From NCBI RefSeq assembly GCF_003704095.1, contig NW_020845264.1, forward strand, positions 682,001-746,000: DNA of 64,000 nucleotides, read 5' to 3'. This stretch comes from Pocillopora damicornis. Its lineage: Eukaryota. Below, in pieces: positions 1 to 11,310 of the stretch. The translations under genes were made by a program, and so were the position numbers. The notes beneath the pieces were generated by a model. The model saw nothing but the letters and a program-made list of their open reading frames with translations. It had not been told where the DNA came from and ran no database searches. The first letter of the stretch is position 1, and each line of letters opens with the position of its first letter.

Positions 1-132
1 TAGTTGTTTCTGTTCAGCGGCCTCGGGACTGTTTCCAGAGATTATAAGAAATCTTGTCTCATCGCAAACAGCTTTCTTCCTTTCCACAAAGCTCCGTCGA
101 TTTGATATCTTGGCTTTAAGTCGGGCGTTCAT
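1..132 (-). CDS. Possible first coding segment of an unidentified gene running off the left edge (MNARLKAKISNRRSFVERKKAVCDETRFLIISGNSPEAAEQKQL...)
   Basis: Minus-strand ATG at 132 (context agagcATGa) opens 44 uninterrupted codons to position 1. No domain recognised. Confidence 0.25.
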   Translation of the reverse strand, partial: MNARLKAKISNRRSFVERKKAVCDETRFLIISGNSPEAAEQKQL

Positions 133-1902
133 GCTCTTTAATTACCTTAATCAGCAAAAGAATAAAATCCAGACACAGTCTTCCTCTATCTATTCAGGAA
201 TACGGCTCAGCAAAGCTCCAACGGTCAGCTTCTCCTAGACAGTTTCAAGATACCCTCAGCTGGACAGATCGAAAAAAGTTTTAGTAAAAGTTCTTTCCTG
301 CTGAGGTTCACTAAAGGTTGTAATTCATCGCTCTTTTGTTTAAGTCCACTTGCTAAAAAATATGAAATCTTTGGTGTAAAAAACAAGTCGTGATTCTCGC
401 GAACACTTTCCTTGCAGTCGAGGTGATCGATGACTGACCTTGTACAATTAAAGCAAAGCTTGCTTTGATTACCGGAAATAAAAAGATGAGTCGATACCGA
501 CACGTTATTATTATGCGGAATACTTCAACTGTAAACAAACAGGAACCGACTTCGCTACAAAGTCAGTTGAAGGTTATCTTCAAATTTTCTTATCGGCCCA
601 AGAATGTGAAACAACTGGCCGTAATGCGAATTTAAGAGGACTGATTATCTTCATCCGGTATTTTATTCGAAAAGGTAACCACTTGAGAAACACTGTCATA
701 CAAAAGAATATTTGCAAATCTTTTCAGGGAAAGATATCCGCAAATAAGCAACTCACAGGGTTACTTACAGAAAAACTGTTATCTCAATAAAGGTTTTCAA
801 CAGATTTTTCTCTTCTTGGTGTGGTTGTGTCCGTCAGTTATCTAAATCGCACCGCAAGTCAATAACATAATCTCGACTAATTAGTTATCACTCCCAACCA
901 TGTGACCACTTTCAGTTACAGTGTGAAAAAAGAAACAGAAAATACGTTCTGATATCCTTGATGAACTGGGTCTCCCGAGAAATTTGTCATCGAAGGTCTT
1001 CTACATACCTGATATGTCCCAATTGCCTCGATTTACTTCGTGTTTTAAACCTCAAAAAAGTGTCATACAACAGGATCTTCAGTCAAACTGACATTCTTTC
1101 TATTCCATCACGCTACGGTTATTCTCTCAAGGGGGTTTTCTGCTCACGTCACGAAATCAACGGTTCACGTATGTAAACAACTCATTGTGCCCACTCAGCG
1201 CAGCTGAACTTGAAATTTGCATTGTTTGTTTTAGTTCCACTTCCATCTGTTAAACGAAAACAACTCCAGTCTTATCTCTAAGCAGGAATGCGTCTTTACG
1301 TTGTTAGAGAACTCGTAACAAAGCATGACGTCATTCACGTTATCAGAAAACTCCCGGGCTCAGTCTATCAACATCTGTAACCCAGTGATAGTGAACTAAC
1401 GCTTTAATTTTTTTGCCTCATAGGAAGCATTCCATCCTGTATTTCAATAATGACGTAGGAAAATTTCAGACCTCGACGTAACCATGATAAACAACTTTCC
1501 ACAATTATGAACATTTGAAGCAGTATTTAATTTGATTCAGTATCTTTATATTTTGTCATCAAATACTGAGGTTGTAATCAGCCTATCCGTATCCGCTTGG
1601 AGATTGTGAGTATTTTATTAAAATCTCGTGTATTCCTCAGAACCGTTGATTAACTACACATAAAGAGGATCAATTTACAGAGATATTTTGCAAAATATAA
1701 TAATTGAAGCTCTTGGTGGGCGCTGCCGCAGGGGTTTTTGAACAGTGAGTGAGGCTGCAAGAGGGAAGTTGTTTATAGACCAATCATCTGGAACATCAAC
1801 AGCTTTGTTTCAATGTCATCTGCGTATAGAAGAGATACTGTGTGGGTACTCCTCGTTGTTTTTCTTTTTTTTTTTTTTTGGTAAAACACAAACCGTTTGG
1901 CT

Positions 1903-1912
1903 AGAGAGAGAG

Positions 1913-1955
<43 letters not shown>

Positions 1956-1956
1956 G
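1903..1956. repeat. (GA)n/(GACA)n microsatellite
   Basis: agagagagagagacagacaaacagacagacagac... read directly. Confidence 0.95.
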
Positions 1957-2059
1957 ACTGTGCAATAAATACCCCAATCACACCAAAGCTCAAACATGCA
2001 TCAAAGCCGTTTTGTCAATCACTGTTAAAAATTGTTTTCTTCATAGAAGCTGCTTAAAG

Positions 2060-2412
2060 CACAGGCGGCCCAAGCTCACGTCTCGAGAAAAAGCCAACGA
2101 TGAATTCATGAAATTCAAAAGACATGGATAACAGTGATAGTAAAGCAAGCTTAAAACAGCAGAAATCGCCAGAAACTACGACGGATACACGGGGCATGAG
2201 TAAGTTTTTATTGATTTTACGTGTAAAATATTCATATTTCGAAATATTTATCGTTGTAAATCGACCATATTTCGTTCCCCATACTATTCCTTATAACGTG
2301 TTCAAATTTTCAACGGTTCCTCCCGTAACTTAACACCGAGTCACACAACGCGTGACGCGTTCATGAATTCCTCGTTGGCTTTTTCTCGAGACGTGAGCTT
2401 GGGCCGCCTGTG
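2060..2412. mobile_element. MITE (about 353 bp) with 53-bp terminal inverted repeats and target-site duplication
   Basis: Left cacaggcggcccaagctcacgtctcgagaaaaagccaacgatgaattcatgaa matches the reverse complement of 2360-2412 with 1 mismatch. Flanked on both sides by cttaaag (7 bp), or gcttaaagc (9 bp) if the ends are shifted by 1. Confidence 0.9.
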
Positions 2413-2748
2413 CTTAAAGCGATGTTTGTCGACTGTAATTTAGAACATTGAAAATACAAGTTAGTGATTGCTTGAAACCTATGGAAGATTCAGTGTTTCA
2501 GTTCTCTGTTTCTGATTTTCATTAAGTTAAATCTGGTTTAACTAAACATGTTTTTGCTTGTGTGAATAGGGCCTTAAACTCTAACGCAGTATCATGCAGG
2601 GTTTTTACCTTCCGTGACCTTTGATATCCTATGTACGTCACGCAATCTTAACGTGACGTTACATAACGTCAGACGGACACTGGTAACTACTTCTAGAATA
2701 CTTCCGCTTACAGCAAGTACTGCAGCAACACAAACGATGTGACTGGAG

Positions 2749-5700
2749 ATGGCTTCCTCTGATAAGGTAAACTCTAAGTAGTATCACATCTCAAACCTTG
2801 TGGTTCTTCTTTCTGACAGACAAATGTTTTCTGTGTTTCAGCAATTCCTCCTGACAGGGGCTCAGACCGATGGTAAGTCAGAATTGTTTATTTTACTGAT
2901 TTGATGAATCGTTTTGTGTTGTTACTATTGATTCGTTCCGCAAATGTATACATTCTTGGCCCTTCGAACAAGGCTTAAAAGCATTCCTTTGCGCTTACTT
3001 AGAGCATCTCGTTAACATGTCTAGACTGATAATTCGCTTTTCACGAATAGTTATAGCTTTCCTCCGTTATTTCACACTAGGTTAGGCTAACCCTGCAAAT
3101 ATTCCAGCCACTATATATATTGCAGTTTCATTTTGTCTTTTGCAGTATTGGAATTACTTATGCATGTACGTGGTTTTTGATAGCACACAACATGATTAAA
3201 TCGTTATTGTTTAAAAGCGCTTTAAACTTTTATGAAGATTTGCGACAAATCGATTGGCTCTTTTCTCAAAATAAAACCATTGTTTTCTGTTTGACCCGTT
3301 TTGCTTTCAAAGCAATCAGTTCTTTTAACTCATGCTCTACGTGTGTTTTTCCAATAATTATTTGGTTATTTCACTTTAAAAACTACTCAATGGATATGGA
3401 ATTTCCGGATCAATCCGCCTTTCGTGATTGTGAGTACTGTGTACACTTTGCTGGAGGCGGGAATCATTTATAATTCACGCGCTGAAGGATTTAAAGTTTT
3501 CCATTCATCACGAGTGAAAATGTTGAAAGAAAAGCGTAGTTTATAATCATTGAAAATTTCCGCAAAAAAAGCTTATTCTGTAACTCAGAAACTAACGAAT
3601 GACTAAATGTCTCTCATCTTGAAAAATGTGTGTTGTTTAGGGGGTTCTTCTCGTTCTGTTACGGATTTTTGCGTTGAAAATGTGAGACCATACAATAACC
3701 ATTTACGTTCAAATGTACTTGTGATATTTTATCAACGATAAAAAAATCTCATGTACGACGCAGTGAACTTTTGGAGCCAATTAAAATAAAGAAGTTGCTC
3801 TGGTTAAAAGGAATCCTTGTTTATAAAATTCTAGCAAATCTTGGATAAATGTGAGGCAAAAAATTTGGCTCTTAACCAAATTTATTGTGGTAGGAAGGGA
3901 GTGTCCCTACAAGAGAGCTTTCTTACCACCTGTCAAACTACTGCTATTGTCTTGTGTCACATGGAGTCAATCAGTAGAATGGAATAAGCACTTGAAGTTG
4001 TTTTTACAGTATGTACTGGCTTCAAAAATGTTGTTTCATTCATAAATCTTAAACTGTATAGAGTGTTTTAGTTTAATTGTTGTTCAGTTCTAATTTCAAA
4101 TTGTTGACATTTTAACTTTATTGCATTAAATTTGTTATCAGTGTCCATACTATTGTACTGATGTGTGCTAGAGATTTGAAGTTCTTAAGTTTTAGTCACA
4201 ATATTTTTTTTTGTGCCAGCCTGTTTTCCTGATATTTTTAGCATCCAAATACTACAAGTTACTTGACATCCATGTAAATTCTGATAAATAAGGTCTTTGT
4301 TGTACAGGTGATAACTTAAAGTTTCCTTCTCCCTGTCTAAATAAACAGTGTTTGTCTTATATTCCTTTCATTTTGTAAAATGCACTCCACTCTGTGTATT
4401 TTATGAAGAGTTATTGTCACAGTGAGAGTTCCAGTTTGAAAGAATTGTGTTTGATCTGTTACTCCAAATATATCTTTTATCAACCCTGTTTTTTGAAATC
4501 CTAAGGGGGAGAAGATGGGAGGGGAAGGGATCTCTAGGATGGTATGTTATAAAAGGGACATTTCCAGAGGGGACTGGGATTGAAACCAAGCCAAATGTCC
4601 TTGAAGGTGAGTGATGAATATTTCATCCATGGATAAAAATATAACTTTCTGTATGTTTCAACTCAATGTTGTGTTTAATTTTTCCAGCTTTGTCTAAGGT
4701 GTTTAAGTTTGCTGATGTTGAGGAGACTGGGTATGTTGATGTGGCAACAATCTCAACTCTTGCAGTACAACTGCTGGGAGCTCAGCTCAGTGAAAATGAG
4801 AAAGAAACAATAAACAATAAAGCAGAAAGCAAGGCTGAAAAAGGTGCAACAAAGCATTTTATGGTTTGATTTTACTAGTTGAACAGCTCATTGTGATTAC
4901 AGCTGCCTAAATTAGAGATGAGTTGGAGACGTAGCAACCCTTAGGTTTTAGCTATCCATTTTTACCAGACACCTCAGATTATTAAGGTATCAAGTGCCAG
5001 CCACATGCATCAAGATCACATTGAAAGTGAGAAACTAGCTAAATTATTGTACATGATAAAGGATACTCCATCTTGATTTGAAAACATCTTTTTAATACAC
5101 AGTCATCCTTGTCATTACTTCCTCCATCGTGTTTCTTAATTTTTGTCTTCATTTTAAGAAGAAAAACATGAATCATATTCATTAATGGTTCCAGCTACAT
5201 GCAGAATCATAGTTTTGGCCATGATACTTGTCTGTTTAGAAGAAACATCATTGAACAAAGGATCAATTGTAACAATCATGACTGTTTTCCTGTTTGCTTT
5301 AGGGTTGCTTTCTTATCAGAACTTTATAGAGATCATGATGGAGACAATGCAAGCTATGACACATTGGGGAAAGTTGAAGACAGTTCTAGAAGGTTATGTT
5401 GGATTTGATACAGTGCAGGAGCAAATCCGCAAAAAATCTCTCAAAAGAGGATTTGAATTTAACCTCATGGTTGTTGGTAAGTTTTGTCTTTGCCATTTGT
5501 GGTTTGATTTTTGATACCTTTAATTCTACTTTTCATCAAGAGAATTTAGTTCTAGTGTGACTACTATAAATGAATACAAAATGTTTTACCAGGTCAAGTC
5601 AGTGTATAATACATTTAGCATTAGTTTGATACATGAAAAAAAATTCCTGTCATCTTTTCTTACTTGACATATAGAAGAAGTATTTTTCTTTGAAAAAATT

Positions 5701-8209
5701 ACAAAAATTATTTCCTAATTCAAAGTTATGAAGAACATAAAACCATAAGACTCCTTTCTTGTGTTTTCCAGGTGCAACAGGCCTAGGTAAATCAACCATG
5801 GTGAACACTTTATTTAAAGGAAGATTGAGTAGGATATCTTCCACTGGAGCCACTCCCTGTATTCCCAAGACTGTTGAAGTCAAATCAGTTAGTCATGGTG
5901 TGTTTGGTTTCGTTGCTATCTTATACTTAGCTTTGTTTTTTCTTTGTTATTTTTTTCTTTTTGGGTGAGATATGGTACCTGGAATGTTTATGGCAGCAAT
6001 AACGTAAATCCTTATAAATATCATTATAAGCTTAAATTTTATTTCTTAATTTTCAGTTATTGAGGAAAAAGGAGTCAGATTGAAACTTACCATCACAGAC
6101 ACACCTGGGTTTGGTGATCAGATCAATAATGAAAGTTGGTAAGGCTGTTGTACTGTTCATTACCTAAGTATGGTTTTGTACTTGCACATCATGTACTCTA
6201 ACTCTTATGGCAAATCCTGCCAGTTGGTTGTAAGTATTTGAGCAGCATTTCATGGCATATGTTCAATTTATTTAATCTATGAGATTTTACTCATATTTAC
6301 TCAAACTTGAATCACTTGTATTTAGTGGAGTGGGGAATTCTTTAGACAAAAATGAAGGTAAAAGAGGGAACATTTGAAGGTCTGTTTGATAATGACAATA
6401 GTTATTTCATGTGTTTTTGTATAATGTTGTAACAGCTGGGACCCAATTCTGCAGTACATAAATGAACAGTACAACAAATATTTGAAAGAAGAAACTAGCA
6501 TCAACAGAAAGCCTCGAGTCCCTGACAGCAGAGTTCACTGCTGTCTGTACTTTATTGCACCAACAGGTCACAGGTGGGTTCATGTTAAGAACAGAAAATA
6601 TATCTATTAATTCTCTAACAAATCATCAAAAGTCTTTGTTGTAAGTTACTGGAATACTGAAAAGTTATGGACAGCTTTATATGTAAAAGTTTGACCAAGT
6701 ACTGAAGTGTCTTACTTCCAATTTGCTTTTTGTACATTTAGGTATGGAATGTATGTGAAGTTTCTTTTGCAAATGTTAATAAACACCTTTACATGTACAT
6801 CTGCCATAACAACTGTTTGCAATGCACATCAAGAAAAGCATTCGAGGTGTTAAAAATGAAGTGGCTGGCCTACTGATAGGTGATGTGCATTTGTTCATTC
6901 CAATCAGTGACTTATGTCTTGAAATTTTTACAGGTTGAGGCCTATTGATGTGGAATTCATGAAACGACTAGACAAGTGCGTTAATATTGTGCCAGTGATT
7001 GCAAAGGCAGACACTCTAACTGTTGAAGAACGTGAAGCCTTCAGAAGGAGGGTACAGGCAAACTTATGTGAATTTTCATGTATTTCCTGGTTGATTTAGT
7101 TTTCCATTTTTGGACAACTGGAACTAAAATGAAATTATCACATATGTTCATATTGTAGTTACGGGAGGATATAGAAAAAAACCGCATTAACATCTATCCC
7201 GTTCTTAATCGACATGACCTGGATGAAGAAGAAGCCCGGACAACGTCCAGAATAAGGGTCAGTAAGTAATGGAATTTATTTTCATTGTTACTGTTACACA
7301 ATTAACTTAATACATTGTTAAGTTCTCCAGAAATTGTAATTATCATTAAATGAGATGCAGTGAAATACAACATATGTTATTTGTGGTGTGTTCATAACTT
7401 AATCACTACTTTTACATACATTATTAGACGTGATGCAGATAAAAAAATTTTGTTGAGTTCGTTTTTCGGCTTTTGAGCTACAAAGCCTGAAGGAATAAAT
7501 ACTGATGTAGTTCACATTGCCTGGCAGTGGTCTATCTCAACGTTAGCTTGTTCGCTTTTCAAAACGCTCTGTTTGCGCCATGTCTTTTTAGGATCAGCTG
7601 CCTTTTGCTGTGATTGGTAGCGATCGTTACGTTACTGTGTCAGGAAAGCCAGTTCTTGGAAGGAAGACAAAATGGGGTCTGATCGAAGGTAAGGAGAATT
7701 TGCAGACATTCTGGCTAGTGTTAAAAATGTTTCTGTTATTGTTGTTCATTTTCTAGAGGTAATTTCTTTTATTATTTCTTTTCAGTTGAAAACAAAAACC
7801 ATTGTGAATTTTCTCAGTTACGGGACATGTTAATCAAGTAAGTGAAATTAGTGGACGAGCATAAGCTTTTAGAAGATAACCACCCGGGTCCAGTTTGTCA
7901 CGGTCACGGAAAGAACGTGTGGGGACTACTCAGAGCAACCGAAAGCCAGGATGGTGAATAGCTTAAAATAGAAGACGCTTTTACTTTTGGAGATTTGTAA
8001 TTCTGTAAAAGATTCAACAAACTGATAGGTTTTTTTGTTGTCTTTTTTTCCATAGAACACACATGCAAGATTTAAAGGAGGTCACAGACAACATTCATTA
8101 TGAAAATTATCGCCGCACACATCTGACAGAGGAGAAACATGAGCAAATAGTTTTAGAAAACAATGTGGTGAACATGGATGACGTGATGGGTCAGGAAAGC
8201 AAAATTTAA
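2749..8209 (+). CDS. Septin of the SEPT3/9/12 group with an N-terminal calmodulin-like (two degenerate EF-hand) lobe; 12 coding exons
   Basis: Exons 2749-2766, 2842-2872, 4688-4843, 5303-5476, 5772-5897, 6057-6138, 6436-6573, 6934-7051, 7159-7257, 7592-7688, 7786-7837, 8056-8209. All introns are GT-AG and phase-consistent. Septin motifs: [30 protein letters not shown]-loop [42 protein letters not shown], septin unique element [19 protein letters not shown]...[10 protein letters not shown]. No C-terminal coiled coil, typical of the SEPT3 group. Confidence 0.93.
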
Positions 8210-8694
8210 ATAAAGCATGAAGGATAAGCAGAATAAATTTTTTACTAGAGATTCTCGGTCTTATCAGACTCAGTCAAGAAAGATTCAATACTATGTAAGT
8301 TGTTTGCTACTCCATATATGAACAATTTAGTCTTTGTTACAATTATCAATGTCGAAAATTTACTTCTTTGAAAGTTTTCATGGTGCACTATGTATTGAGA
8401 AACTCCATCGTAAAGGTTTGTTCGAAATGGTGCGGCTAACTTTTCTCCATCCCTATTATATTATGCGTAGGAATTCATTAAGATTTGGAATTCGTATCCT
8501 TTGGCTGCCTGGATTAAAAGAGTTATTGATATCAACAATTTCAAACATTATAAGCTTGTTATGAATAGCAATTTGTTAAAATAAATTAAACTCAAAGTTG
8601 TTTCTTCAATAAAACGTAAGTGACAATACGTAGCCATTGTTGGTGTCAGTGGCCTGGTGTTAAACGGTATACGGGGATGTGAATGGCGTTCCCG

Positions 8695-9341
8695 TCAAAC
8701 GCTTGTTTCGGCAGAGTGAGGATGATATATCCACATTTTGTGCCATCAATGACTCGAAGTCCTAGTTGTCCCAAACTGTAGCCGCTTGTCTACTGAGTTT
8801 ACTTGAAGGAAATTTTAATTCAATCACACCACGTGATATCCCTGAACAAAAAATCACCCACGCTAATCCAGGGCGGCGCGAATGGCAAGTTGTTGCAACA
8901 TTGCAAGGAATGGGGATTTTAATCAGTTTTTTATCTCTCTTTTTTAAAAAACGCTTCAAACTCAATGCCGGAGTTTGTGCGCTCTTAATCAATAAAACAG
9001 CAACTGTGCTCGGATTCAAAACAACATCAAACGCTTGTTTCGGCAGAGCGGGGATGATATATCAACATTTTGTGCCATTAATAAATCAAAATCCCAGTTG
9101 TCCCAAGCTGTAGCCGCTTGTGGACTGAGTTTACTGGAAGGAACTTTTTATTCAATCACACCACGTGATAGCCCTGAACAAAAAATCACCCACGCTAATT
9201 CAGGGCGGCGCTAATGACAAGTTATTGCAACATTATAAGGAGTGGAGATTTTAATCTGTTTTTAATCTCTTCTTAAAAAACGCTTCAAACTCATTGCCGG
9301 AGTTTGTGCGCTCTTAATCATTTAAACAGCAACTGTGCTCG
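8695..9341. repeat. Two-copy tandem duplication, period about 332 bp
   Basis: tcaaacgcttgtttcggcagag... begins at 8695 and 9027. Both copies end aaacagcaactgtgctcg (9012, 9341), with scattered substitutions. Confidence 0.9.
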
Positions 9342-10370
9342 AGCCCAAAAAATCTTGATGTCGATCAGAGATACGGTCAAGTGAGGGCTTGTCATCCCTG
9401 AGGCTTTGTATTATTCCAAAGCACGAATGCTTGAACAGGTAAGAAATGATTAAAATTTCCTATATCAAGTTTAATTATCAACCCCTACACCGTCTGACAA
9501 TTTTCGTCTACCTTCTCAGGCCTGTTAAATTTTTTAAGGCCTTGATTCTTATTGTAACAATCACGGTACCAGCTGACAGAAACAATAGATTGACATCGCT
9601 ATTGAAAAGAGAAGGAAAATGTGATTCTTGTTTTCGACTCAGTCACGGGTTTTTTGAGACCCAAAAGTAGTCATCGTTATTCTTGCTTTGTAGGAATAAA
9701 CCGATACCTTATCACCGAGCCCGGTTTCAGTCTTTCCAGAAGTTCCGAAAGAGAAGCGCCCTTCCTTCATTCAGTGCGTCATGTTAATATGTGACCACGT
9801 TGTCGTGGGCCCTGGGGAGATCTTTGCATTCTTCTCAGTTGGTTTTTTGTTGTCAGTGCGCCCCTGTCGGTGTGAAACTTGAACTTTAACTTTTTGTATC
9901 CTTAGCAACGAATTGTGCACGCAAATCATCCCTGAAAAACAACGATAGTTTCTAGAAAATTATCATGATCGATTTGTTCTCCGGAGCGGAAAGTCGTGAG
10001 TATCATTCCCAGGTAAGGCTTTTTTATTGTTCAATGGACACCGCAGTTCAAAGGACATCAACACCAGTCCCCAATGCTAAACCTGTTCATATAACCTTTG
10101 TTTTGGTATCTCGTTTGAACAAAGTCTTGGCTCTCGGTTCTTCTGTATTCGTAATGGATCACTTTTATGACTTGCGAAAATATTTGTTTATGTTGAAACG
10201 CAGCTGCCGAGAAGTGCTCTCCTCAGTGGATTTAAAAACTGCGAACAGCAATGAACCGGACCAGTATTGAAAGACTGTGCCTTTAAACAAAACAAAACAA
10301 AAGAAGATTCGCAAAAGTGCCTTCGTTTTAACACCTTAAGTTGCATTGTCTGAAGTCTCGGACATCCTGG

Positions 10371-10622
10371 GTGTAACATGGTAATTTGGTATTATCAACT
10401 AAGGTGATAACGTAAATTGGCCACTATTAAGAGTTTCAAAGCTGACGTTTCGAGTGCTATCCCTTCGTCAGAGCGAAAAATGAAAATGAGTAAAGGGGGC
10501 GTTAGCACTTCGTCATTCGCTCTGACGAAGGGCTGACGCTCGAAATGTCAGCTTCACAACTCCTGACGGTGGCCAATTTATCTTATCAACTCAGTTGATA
10601 ATACCAAATTACCTTGTTATAC
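10371..10622. mobile_element. Palindromic element of two inverted Penelope-like terminal repeats, each with a minimal hammerhead-ribozyme-like core
   Basis: About 105-bp imperfect inverted arms (10371-10476 and 10516-10622). Cores: gctCTGACGAagggctgacgctcGAAAtGTCagc (+, 10519-10552) and gctCTGACGAagggatagcactcGAAAcGTCagc (-, 10441-10474). Confidence 0.7.
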
Positions 10623-11310
10623 TCTTTGTTGTCGCAAAAACGTAGCACCACAGTTTCCTTAGAAGCTTATACCCCCGTTATCCTTTCTGTAATTTTCCTT
10701 TTAATGTAGATCCAGAAGAATTGAAGTTTAGTTGCAATGGCCTTTGAAATCGCCGTATATATTGATTACTTTATAATAAAAGGATTAAACGGATTAAGCC
10801 TAGACATGATTGATCGCACCCGCACGGTCTTTTTTTCTATTATTATTATTACGACAGATACTGCCCCATAATATACGTAAGTGTAACTTAAAGCCCGTTG
10901 TATTATTAGATCCTCTTACCGGTAACATTTCAATACTACACGTGGATAACCCAGGATATTTACGTCACATGCGTTGTCATAAATGCTTAGAAACCTGTCC
11001 TCTTTGCAAAGAAACACTTTTGCCACAAGTCAACGACTACGAAACCTACTTGATAGGGAATAATCAGTAAAAAGCCTTTTATGAAAAAAAGTACAGGGGG
11101 CGCTGCTCAGTTGCAAAATTAGTAAAGGCGAAGGATTAAACATGACAGGTGAATATTGGAACAAAAGGTGGGTTAGGTGTCAAAGGTATTTAGGCCATGA
11201 AAATGCAATCAGAGATGCTTTGGAATTTTTTGGCTTTCACCGCGCAGTATCGTGCATGAGTTAAGAGAATAAACAGGATCCTTCGCTGAGGAAAAGTAAA
11301 CTGATTTAAC

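Noticed and set aside
225-503. 92-aa minus-strand ORF
   Set aside because: No domain or splice support. Possibly 5' UTR of the gene leaving the window.
1745-2131. 128-aa ORF
   Set aside because: Made from poly-T, a GACA microsatellite and a MITE end.
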